A DNA stretch of 64,000 bases from a virus: IMG/VR virus record IMGVR_UViG_3300033153_005812, positions 1-64,000 of that record; one strand, 5' to 3'. Each line of letters opens with the position of its first letter. The first letter of the stretch is position 1. The notes under the pieces were generated by a model. The model saw only the letters and a list, made by a program, of their open reading frames with translations, had not been told where the DNA came from and made no database searches. Position numbers and translations under genes: made by a program. Positions 56,082 through 64,000 of this stretch are shown piece by piece.

Positions 56082-56879
56082 ATGTTGGAAGCAATTCGTG
56101 ATTCAATTGAGGAACTTACTGAAGCAGAGCAGGGACATTATGAGGAGCGAGATGGTAGATTCTACTTGGTTGTAGGATCTGTTGATGGAGTGGCGTTGGA
56201 GGATGTTCAAGGATTGAAAACTACGGTGGAAACTTTACGAGCAACTGAAAGAAAGCTCAAAAGCTCTCTTGAGCGGATTGAGCAAAAGTTTGAAGATATC
56301 GATCCTGAGGAGGCAAGGAACGCTATAAAGAAGTTCGACGAGGTTAAGAACTGGGATGGTGACACGAAAATTCGTGAAGCACAGGAAGCTGTGAAACGCG
56401 AGTTGGTAAAACAGCACACAAAGCAAGTGGAAGAGTTACAGGATGAGTTAAGTGACACTCAGACGCAACTAACAGATGCGATTGTTAATACGAAGATCGT
56501 TGAGGCTTTGCAAGCTGAAGAAGGTAATGTTGAGCTTTTGCTTCCTCATGTTAAGAGACACGTGAGAATGGTGAAGAATTCAGCAGGAAAATGGATGCCA
56601 GAGGTCACGAATGAGGCCAATGAGCCAAGAGTTGGAGACAGTGATGGCAATCCTATGACTATTGTTCAGTATATTCAAGAAATGAAAAGCCAGAAGACTT
56701 TCGCCGCAGCATTTCCAGGTGCTAACGCCACGGGAAGTGGTGTTAGCGGTTCTTCAGAGAGCGGGAAGCTCAAGAGGACTGACGGAAGTAAGACCATCGC
56801 AGCGTCGGATGGTCGAGCGATGTCTGCCAGTATAGATGATATCGCTACTGGTAAAACAAAAGTCGATATGAATAGATAA
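56082..56879 (+). CDS. Capsid scaffolding protein
   Basis: Coiled coil, GANATGSG linker, directly upstream of MCP; GGAG RBS before ATG 56082. Confidence 0.8.
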   Translation: MLEAIRDSIEELTEAEQGHYEERDGRFYLVVGSVDGVALEDVQGLKTTVETLRATERKLKSSLERIEQKFEDIDPEEARNAIKKFDEVKNWDGDTKIREAQEAVKRELVKQHTKQVEELQDELSDTQTQLTDAIVNTKIVEALQAEEGNVELLLPHVKRHVRMVKNSAGKWMPEVTNEANEPRVGDSDGNPMTIVQYIQEMKSQKTFAAAFPGANATGSGVSGSSESGKLKRTDGSKTIAASDGRAMSASIDDIATGKTKVDMNR

Positions 56880-56978
56880 TCATATCGATTTTTGTAGACG
56901 TAGTACGGGATGTGCGATTCAGCGGGACGCTGTCTTAAGATCTTAACTACAATTTAATTAAATTTAAGAGGTGCTATC

Positions 56979-58211
56979 GTGAGTTTGGATCCAAATGTAT
57001 TAACAAACATAGTTCCTAAAATTCTTGCCAGAGCTTTACTCGTTCTTCGTTCAAAATGTATTATGCCGCGTCTTGTGAATAGCGATTATAGCTCTGAGGC
57101 AGCGAAGAAGGGAACTACAATTGACGTGCCGATTCCTGTCGCAGTTGAGACTATGCCCGTTGTTCCTTTGGAAACTCACACGGATGGAGATTCTGTCGGT
57201 ATAACTCCAGGTTTTGTTCAAGTTCCTTTGAATAATTGGGTGCAGAACAAGCCGATTCATTTGACCGACAAAGATATGGCAGAGATCGACGTGAATGAAA
57301 ACTTTCTTCCTATGCAGTTGGAAGAGGCAATCAAAGGATTGGCCAGCGATGTGAATCAAGATATTCTTGCCGAGTATCTTGGTATTTATGGCTTCGTTGG
57401 TACTGCTGCGACAACTCCATTCGGTACGGACGTCGGTGTTTCTTCAGCAACTCAAGTTCGCAAAGTCCTGAACAAGCAAAAGTGTCCGCTGACCGACCGA
57501 CGTGGTGTTCTTGATTATGATGCTGAAGCGAATGCTCTCGACCTTTCTGCTTTCAGTGATGCGGAAAAGATTATGTCCGCAGTCGTGAAGATGGAAGGTG
57601 AGATCGGTCGAAAGTTTGGTATCGATTGGGTCGCCGATGACGATATCCCGCTACATACCGCCGGAACTCTTGGGACTGGGGGAGCAGTTACAATTACTGG
57701 AACTGCTGGTGAATCAACTATTCAGGTCAATGGTGAAGCTGCAAACGAGAATGAGACACTTCTTGTAGGTGATGTTTTCACTTTCGCAGATGATACTCAG
57801 ACTTACGTTGTGAAGCCTGGAACCGAAGGTGCTTCTGGATATCTTGCTGCAACAGGTGACAACGGGGGGTACACTGTTCCTTCGACTCCCTACGATCTTA
57901 CCGCTGTTGTTATCGCTCCTGCTTTGAAGACTTCTCCTACTACGAAGGCTTTTACACCGAAGGGGACACATCGCGTCAATCTCGTTTTTCATCGTGATGC
58001 TTTCGCGTTTGCAACTCGTTCTCTCGACGATGCAAATTCTTTGGCTAAGACTTTGGGTGGAAGTCAGATTCTCAGTATGCAGGATGCAAAGACAGGTTTG
58101 ATTCTTCGATTGGAGATCAGTCGTCGGCATAAGTTAACCTGCTGGGAATTTGATATACTTTGGGGTACGAAGTTGGTGAGACCTGAATTGGCTTGCCGTC
58201 TGGCAGGATAG
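56979..58211 (+). CDS. Major capsid protein (P22 coat-like, HK97 fold)
   Basis: RLVNSDY...KKGTTIDVP, LLVGDVFTF insertion, NLVFHRDAFAFATR, FDILWGTK.VRPELACRL. Confidence 0.9.
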   Translation: MSLDPNVLTNIVPKILARALLVLRSKCIMPRLVNSDYSSEAAKKGTTIDVPIPVAVETMPVVPLETHTDGDSVGITPGFVQVPLNNWVQNKPIHLTDKDMAEIDVNENFLPMQLEEAIKGLASDVNQDILAEYLGIYGFVGTAATTPFGTDVGVSSATQVRKVLNKQKCPLTDRRGVLDYDAEANALDLSAFSDAEKIMSAVVKMEGEIGRKFGIDWVADDDIPLHTAGTLGTGGAVTITGTAGESTIQVNGEAANENETLLVGDVFTFADDTQTYVVKPGTEGASGYLAATGDNGGYTVPSTPYDLTAVVIAPALKTSPTTKAFTPKGTHRVNLVFHRDAFAFATRSLDDANSLAKTLGGSQILSMQDAKTGLILRLEISRRHKLTCWEFDILWGTKLVRPELACRLAG

Positions 58212-58252
58212 AAAGTTTTTCTGAGCCGGAATGTTAAGGCCTCCGCTTGTGT

Positions 58253-58293
58253 TGGTAGTGGCGGACACCTGATCCGTCACTACCAGTTATTTT
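58253..58293 (+). terminator. Intrinsic terminator after MCP
   Basis: TGGTAGTGGCGGA-7-TCCGTCACTACCA then GTTATTTT. Confidence 0.8.
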
Positions 58294-58326
58294 CAATTGC
58301 GATTAAGATTACGAAAGGGAACTCTT

Positions 58327-58716
58327 ATGTTAATTAGGATGATGGGTCCCACAGGTAACATAGAAAAGATTCGAGATGAGGACGAGCAGCATTATGTGAG
58401 TCTCGGCTATAAGCATGTAGTTGAACCTGAGACCATCGAATTGATGAGTCCTGCCGGTAGAGTAGTCGTCAATGTAAAGGATGCTGAGGATTGTTTGCAG
58501 CGAGACGGTTGGAGCTACTTAGAAGAGGGTTCAATTCGTGATTGTGATGCAGAGGCTGTTGAGCTGGAAGTTTCTGCTGAGCCGGAAGTTCCTGAGCCTG
58601 AGGTTCTTGAGAATGATGATACGGAAGCTGCTGAGCAGCAAGAGCCGGAAATTCTTGAAGACGAACCGGAGATTTCTGAGGAAGACGAAGTGAACGACGC
58701 TCAACTGGATCAGTAG
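58327..58716 (+). CDS. Head-associated protein with acidic tail
   Basis: Duplicated M.P.G...(I/V) unit, E/D/P-rich C-terminus. Confidence 0.6.
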   Translation: MLIRMMGPTGNIEKIRDEDEQHYVSLGYKHVVEPETIELMSPAGRVVVNVKDAEDCLQRDGWSYLEEGSIRDCDAEAVELEVSAEPEVPEPEVLENDDTEAAEQQEPEILEDEPEISEEDEVNDAQLDQ

Positions 58717-58780
58717 TTTTGAGAGTACAAAGCAGAGGCGTATGATTGTCTCTGCTCGCAATAATTTATAAGAGGTAAAA

Positions 58781-59305
58781 ATGGCTACTACGTTTATAGT
58801 TGAAGACGGTTCTGGCAAAGGCGATGCTAATGCTTTTCTTTCAGTTGTAGAAGCAGATCAAATTATGGAGAATTACGGAGCTTCTGCGGATTGGAGTGCG
58901 GCAGATAACACCGTGAAAGAAAATGGAATAAGAGAAGCAACACGATTTATGAATATGCAGTATGTTTGGAAAGGATGGCGAGTTTATACAACACAATCTC
59001 TTCAGTGGCCAAGATCAGAATGTTATGATGATGAAGATAATATAGTTAATTCTGAAATCGTACCTGAAAGAGTAAAAGAAGCTTGTGCATATCTTGCTTT
59101 GAAAGTCGTAGAAGGTCGGACGTTGCTCGAAGATCTTGAGAATGCTGCGACAGTGAAAAGAACAAAAGATGTGATCGGCCCTTTAACAGAGGAGATAGAG
59201 TATGTAAAAGGTGAAGAGGCTGGCGTGAATTGGCAAGTCGCTGATAAGTTAGTGATGCCATATATAGAGAAGAAATCTTTCTTGTCTAATTTGTATAGGG
59301 TGTGA
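58781..59305 (+). CDS. Head-tail adaptor (DnaT-like family)
   Basis: FIVEDGSG..DANAF.SV.EAD, QSLQWPR, VPERVKEACAYLA, IGPL...Y. Confidence 0.85.
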   Translation: MATTFIVEDGSGKGDANAFLSVVEADQIMENYGASADWSAADNTVKENGIREATRFMNMQYVWKGWRVYTTQSLQWPRSECYDDEDNIVNSEIVPERVKEACAYLALKVVEGRTLLEDLENAATVKRTKDVIGPLTEEIEYVKGEEAGVNWQVADKLVMPYIEKKSFLSNLYRV

Positions 59306-59306
59306 A

Positions 59307-59495
59307 ATGAATCAAGAAAAACGTTCTACTCGAGATATTGTGATTTCTGTTGAACAACAGATCGATGATCTTAAAGAGCAGTTCAATAATCACCTAACAC
59401 ACCATTGGGGGATAACTGTGATCGCTCTTTCAGCGGGCTTCATAGGTTCAGTAAATCTACTCGTTGGTTTGATATTGATTTTCATGAGTAAATGA
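59307..59495 (+). CDS. Small membrane protein (holin-like)
   Basis: Coiled coil, NHLTH, C-terminal TM. Confidence 0.5.
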   Translation: MNQEKRSTRDIVISVEQQIDDLKEQFNNHLTHHWGITVIALSAGFIGSVNLLVGLILIFMSK

Positions 59496-59496
59496 A

Positions 59497-59859
59497 ATGG
59501 CTTTGACCGTAGAAAAATTGAATGCTCTTCTGCAAAGAAAAGGTTTAGACGCAATAGTGAGAGTCTATCCTGATGCGACGTTTGATCCTACTACAAATAG
59601 AACAACGCCGGGGGACGTAGTCGAATACGATGTAAAAATAATCCCTCCATATAAGAATCTTGAAGGATATAAGAAGACTGAACTTGTAACAGCAGGAAAA
59701 GGATGGACAGGGATTGCAAATAAGGACTTAGAATTCACAGTGAAAGCTGGTCTCATACTGGTTATAAGTGAGAAGATATGGACAGTAACGAGTACACAAC
59801 CGTTGTCTAATAAGACGGGAGTCTTGTTCTATCTGATGCAAATTGAGAGTGGTGATTAG
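59497..59859 (+). CDS. Head closure/stopper protein
   Basis: FDPTT motif, size and synteny. Confidence 0.6.
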   Translation: MALTVEKLNALLQRKGLDAIVRVYPDATFDPTTNRTTPGDVVEYDVKIIPPYKNLEGYKKTELVTAGKGWTGIANKDLEFTVKAGLILVISEKIWTVTSTQPLSNKTGVLFYLMQIESGD

Positions 59860-60254
59860 TGGCTTCAACTAATGTTCAACAATTCAATACAGCTTTGACA
59901 GCCGCATCTAAGAAAATTGGTGGGGATATTCAAAAGTTTATAAAGCAAGTTTGTATTGAGATATTCAAACGATTTATAATGCGAACTCCTGTTGATACAG
60001 GACGGGCGAGAGGTAATTGGCAAGTTGAAATAAATCGTCCAGCTTCAGGAACGGTTGAAGAAAGTATGTGGGATCAAGTTTTCGAAAGAGGAGCTGCGAA
60101 GCTCGCACAACTCCCTCCATTTAGTATCGTTCATATTACAAATAATGTTGAATATGTTTATTATCTGGAATATGTGCGTCCGAGTCAACAACATCCAGAA
60201 GGAATGGTTGAGATTACATTACAAGAAATGAAAACGTGGTTATCAAAAATATAA
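59859..60254 (+). CDS. HK97 gp10-like neck/tail completion protein
   Basis: TPVDTGRARGNW, NNVEY..YLEY, PEGMV. Confidence 0.88.
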   Translation: MASTNVQQFNTALTAASKKIGGDIQKFIKQVCIEIFKRFIMRTPVDTGRARGNWQVEINRPASGTVEESMWDQVFERGAAKLAQLPPFSIVHITNNVEYVYYLEYVRPSQQHPEGMVEITLQEMKTWLSKI

Positions 60255-60716
60255 ATGGGACTATTAGCTGGAAATTCTGTTATACAATCTACAGTGACGG
60301 GTTTATGCACTATTCACGACACCCGTGGATTCGCAGGTATAACTAATAGTATCACAGCTTTTTTCCACAACTTTGCAGAAGAGAATAATTTTGTAGTTCG
60401 TTATGATAATGATCCACGAGAAACTCCTGTGAGCGGAGTTTGGATGAATGTAAGTGTCGGTTTCGGGTCTTCTTATCAGGTGGAAATCGGAGTTCCGACT
60501 TTTCGTAATATTGGTATTTTCAATGTAAGGATTAAAGTTGCTATAGGTGGAGGTTTAGCGGGTATTTTGAATATCGCTGATGAGATAGCTGAGAAATTTA
60601 AGACAGTGATTATCGACGAGATTATCAGCTTTCAAACTCCTCGTATTGAGATTGTAGGTAGAGTTGAAGATAATTATCAAGTGAATGTAATTTGTCCATT
60701 TCAAGTAGATAATTAA
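60255..60716 (+). CDS. Tail terminator-like protein
   Basis: YDND, RNIGIF, ADEIAEKF, YQVNV.CPF; synteny. Confidence 0.7.
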   Translation: MGLLAGNSVIQSTVTGLCTIHDTRGFAGITNSITAFFHNFAEENNFVVRYDNDPRETPVSGVWMNVSVGFGSSYQVEIGVPTFRNIGIFNVRIKVAIGGGLAGILNIADEIAEKFKTVIIDEIISFQTPRIEIVGRVEDNYQVNVICPFQVDN

Positions 60717-60727
60717 GGGATGTAAAA

Positions 60728-61060
60728 ATGGGTCAATTAGCTGAGATATACAATGCTGTGAAAGATTTATTCAGTTCTTCGAGTTTGATTCAGCAGAGCA
60801 CAGCAGGTGGGACGCAGAAATTAACGGTAACGACCAACGCGGCTGTAGGATCAGATCAAGCCTGTAGAAGTTGTTTGATTCATTGTCCAACGGGGAATCT
60901 TGGAGACATCCATTTAACTATTGCGAATGAAGCCGCGGATGTTAATGATTTTCTAATTACTAAGGGAATACCGATGCCGGTTCCTGTAGATAATCTTAGC
61001 GATTTGCATTTCTACGGTGCAAATAACGGTGATCTAATTTACGTCCTCTGGAGAAACTAA
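60728..61060 (+). CDS. Small beta-rich structural protein
   Basis: ORF coupled (TAATG) to the giant repeat gene. Confidence 0.6.
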   Translation: MGQLAEIYNAVKDLFSSSSLIQQSTAGGTQKLTVTTNAAVGSDQACRSCLIHCPTGNLGDIHLTIANEAADVNDFLITKGIPMPVPVDNLSDLHFYGANNGDLIYVLWRN

Positions 61061-64000
61061 TGGCTGACGTGAAATTATATGGTGGGACAATTGGAGCGGG
61101 GAGATTATTCGAGTGGAATAATGTAGACACTTGGATAAGCGTAGCTCTACAATTAAATGAACAAGTTCAAATTTACTCTTTAGCAGTTTTTAATGATAAA
61201 TTATATGGGGGGACTGCTTTTGGAGGAAGATTATTTGAATGGAATGGAGTCGATGCTTGGATTCAAAAAGCTCCGCAATTAAATGATCAAACTACAATTC
61301 GTTCTTTGAAAGTTTTTAATAATAAATTATACGGTGCGACATCTCCTGAAGGAAGATTATTCGAATGGAATGGAGTCGATGCCTGGATTCAAAAAGCTCC
61401 AGAATTAGAAGATCAAGGTACAATTTACTCTTTAATAGTTTTTGATGGCAAATTATATGGTGGAACAGGTGCAGGAGGAAGATTATTTGAATGGAATGGA
61501 GTCGATGCCTGGATTCAAAAAGCTTCAAAATTAGAAGATCAAGGTGCAATTTTCTCTTTAATAGTTTTTGATGGTAAATTATACGGCGGAACAGGTGCAG
61601 GAGGAAGATTATTTGAATGGAATGGAGTCGATGCCTGGATTCAAAAAGCTCCACAATTAAATGGTCAGGCTGTAATTTACTCTTTAATAATTTTCAATAG
61701 TAAATTATACGGCGGAACAGGTGCAGGAGGAAGATTATTTGAATGGAATGGAGTCGATGCCTGGATTCAAAAAGCTCCACAATTAGAAGATCAAGGTGAT
61801 ATTCGTTCTTTAATGGGTTTTAATAATAAATTATATGGAGGGACTCATAATGAAGGGTTGTTGTTTGAGTGGAATGGAATTGATGCTTGGGTTCAAAAAG
61901 CTTCGCAATTGAGTGGAGAGACTTCAATTCGTTCTCTAATAAGTTTTGAAGTAGGAATTAAGAGTTTGAGCAGTTTTCTTGTTGCACAGTCTGTCACTTC
62001 TGCACATTTTACGAGATATGATACACAGTTAATTGGTTCTCTCGCCGTACAGTCTGATACCCCAGATGCAATTCTCCAAGAGTGGAACTTTCTTGCAGGA
62101 ACGATAGTTGTACAATCCACTGTTCCGAATGTCGCAATAAAATCCACACAGTTTGTAAACGGTTATATCTCTTTTCAGTCGGGAGTAACTGGGACACTTA
62201 ACGAATGGAACGATATTGTTGGGACTGTATCTGCTTTATCTACGGTTGATGCGGATCTTAAAGGTACGCAGGAAATTGTGGGAACCATCGCTGCGACAGC
62301 CGGAGCCGATGCAACTCTTCAACAATGGAATTATATCGCCGGTTCTCTCACTGGACAATCTAATGTCCCTACTACAACACTTCTAAGATATGATACTCAA
62401 TTAGTAAGTGGAGTGGAAGCTGTATCTGGAGTTTCCGGTGTTCTTGGTATTCTTCAAGAATGGAACGATTTCGCAGGGATTATAGACGGCCAGAGCGGAA
62501 CTTCCGCGGTCTTAAAATCAACGCAGGCTTTGAGCGGGTTTATTTCTGTTCAATCAGGGTCTGATGCGGCTCTTCAACAATGGAATTATATTGCAGGGAC
62601 AATAGATGTTCAATCTGATGTTCCTAACACGACGCTTTTGAGATATGATACGCAGTTAGTTGGCTCTTCCGTTGTGATGGTTGGAGCTGACGCACATCTT
62701 ACAAGATATGATACGCAGTTAGCTGGAGCTCTTGCAGTGATAGCTGGAGCTGATGCAGAGATTACTTTCCGAGAATGGAATTATTTTGTAGGGACTATAT
62801 CTGCGTTATCTACGGTTGACGCAAATCTTAAAGGTACACAGTTTATAATTGGTTATATGTCCATTCAATCAACAGCGGATGGTGAACTTTATGAGGAAAC
62901 TGAATTTGCGGGAACTATTGCTGGTCAGTCTAATGTTCCTGATACAACACTTCTAAGATACGATACGCAGTTGGTCGGTTCTCTCACTGTACAGAGTGAA
63001 GCAGATGCGACTCTTCGTGACTGGAATGATATTGTAGGCTTTGTCGCTGGACAATCTAATGTTTTAGATACAAAATTAACAAGGTATGCTACAAAATTAC
63101 ACGGTAATATATCTATTCAAGGCGGGGATGAAGGTGCATTACATTCGACACAACTTATAGCTGCGAATGTAGCTGTTCAATCAACCACATCTGTATATCT
63201 AACAAGATACGATACACAGTTGATTGGATCTGCGATTATTCAAAGTGGAGTCGATGGTTTATTGCGGGCGATAGTGTATCTGAGAGGGAATATAAGTATT
63301 CAATCTACGACGACAGGCACACTTAATGAATGGAACGATATAGTTGGCTCTCTTGCTGGCCAATCTACAGTGTCGGCACAGTTTACAAGATACGAGACTC
63401 GGTTAATCGTTGGGGTTACAGAGGCACAATCTACAACTTCTGCGGATCTTAAAGGATTACAGAAAATAGTTGGTTTATCTGAAGGGCAGAGCGGAGTCGA
63501 CGCAGCTTTACAAGAATGGGATTACATCGCTGGTTCTTTGGTAGGACAATCTGTTGTTTCAAATGCAGAATTAACAAGGTATGATACGCAGTTTGTTGGT
63601 AGTCTTGCTGCACAATCTACGGTAGATGCAACTCTCCGCGAATGGAATGACATCGTTGGCTCCTCCGCGGGGCAGTCCACTGTCTCTGCACATCTCATAA
63701 GACATGATACGCAGTTAGTCGGTAGTTTTGCTGTACAGAGCGGAGCCGGTGCGGATCTTAAAGTGGCTTCGAGAATAGTTGGGACTATTACTGTACAATC
63801 AGGAGCAGATGCAACTCTCTATGAATACAACTATCTTGCAGGAATTATATCTGCTCAATCTAATACTCCGGATACAATACTTTTAAGATACGATACACAG
63901 TTGGTTGGGAGTTTTGCTGCAATAGATGGGACTGATGTTCATCTTACAAGACACGATACGCAGTTAATGAGTGATGTTGGTGCTGTGTCTGGTCTTGCTG
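61060..64000 (+). CDS. Giant repeat virion protein, 3'-truncated: 7-bladed beta-propeller followed by a 20-22 aa repeat stalk
   Basis: Frame +1 open from ATG 61060 to the window end (absent from the ORF track); 7 x 42-aa KLYGGT..GRLFEWNG.DAW repeats, then LTRYDTQLVGS / L.EWNDIVGS / LKGTQ units. Confidence 0.88.
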   Translation, partial: MADVKLYGGTIGAGRLFEWNNVDTWISVALQLNEQVQIYSLAVFNDKLYGGTAFGGRLFEWNGVDAWIQKAPQLNDQTTIRSLKVFNNKLYGATSPEGRLFEWNGVDAWIQKAPELEDQGTIYSLIVFDGKLYGGTGAGGRLFEWNGVDAWIQKASKLEDQGAIFSLIVFDGKLYGGTGAGGRLFEWNGVDAWIQKAPQLNGQAVIYSLIIFNSKLYGGTGAGGRLFEWNGVDAWIQKAPQLEDQGDIRSLMGFNNKLYGGTHNEGLLFEWNGIDAWVQKASQLSGETSIRSLISFEVGIKSLSSFLVAQSVTSAHFTRYDTQLIGSLAVQSDTPDAILQEWNFLAGTIVVQSTVPNVAIKSTQFVNGYISFQSGVTGTLNEWNDIVGTVSALSTVDADLKGTQEIVGTIAATAGADATLQQWNYIAGSLTGQSNVPTTTLLRYDTQLVSGVEAVSGVSGVLGILQEWNDFAGIIDGQSGTSAVLKSTQALSGFISVQSGSDAALQQWNYIAGTIDVQSDVPNTTLLRYDTQLVGSSVVMVGADAHLTRYDTQLAGALAVIAGADAEITFREWNYFVGTISALSTVDANLKGTQFIIGYMSIQSTADGELYEETEFAGTIAGQSNVPDTTLLRYDTQLVGSLTVQSEADATLRDWNDIVGFVAGQSNVLDTKLTRYATKLHGNISIQGGDEGALHSTQLIAANVAVQSTTSVYLTRYDTQLIGSAIIQSGVDGLLRAIVYLRGNISIQSTTTGTLNEWNDIVGSLAGQSTVSAQFTRYETRLIVGVTEAQSTTSADLKGLQKIVGLSEGQSGVDAALQEWDYIAGSLVGQSVVSNAELTRYDTQFVGSLAAQSTVDATLREWNDIVGSSAGQSTVSAHLIRHDTQLVGSFAVQSGAGADLKVASRIVGTITVQSGADATLYEYNYLAGIISAQSNTPDTILLRYDTQLVGSFAAIDGTDVHLTRHDTQLMSDVGAVSGLA
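61072..61953 (+). repeat. Seven tandem 126-bp repeats
   Basis: Near-identical GGAAGATTATTTGAATGGAATGGAGTCGATGCCTGGATTCAAAAAGCT core in the central units. Confidence 0.95.

Noticed and set aside
61954-64000. Diversity-generating retroelement TR/VR pair with bases 1-380
   Set aside because: Differences are not adenine-specific, both copies are coding, and no reverse transcriptase is present.

Overview
The window is most of a tailed dsDNA bacteriophage genome (siphovirus-like), AT-rich, with almost all genes on the + strand. No integrase, tRNA, CRISPR array or reverse transcriptase was seen. Modules in order: tail-tip genes (1-6.4 kb); replication genes (SNF2-type helicase, SSB-like protein, primase-MCM helicase fusion, PolA; 6.9-20.7 kb); a large nucleotide/DNA-hypermodification locus (Asp-type thymidylate-synthase-family enzyme, aGPT-Pplase1/5hm-DNA-kinase-like protein, UDP-sugar dehydrogenase and epimerase, two DNA-glycosyltransferase-like proteins, two methyltransferases; 22.8-29.9 kb); class II RNR, DNA methylase and 5'-3' exonuclease; a region of small early genes (35-46 kb); then packaging, head and neck genes (terminase, portal, MuF-toxin fusion, scaffold, P22-like coat). 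A giant repeat protein is cut by the window end, and the same repeat family occurs at the window start. The main non-coding discoveries are: (i) an array of single-gene cassettes at 35.1-37.2 kb, each closed by a conserved hairpin repeat that begins at the gene's stop codon; (ii) a dispersed, branched palindromic repeat in four intergenic regions; (iii) four related promoters, one driving an unannotated 30-aa minus-strand peptide. All functional calls come from motif recognition by eye; no database searches were run.
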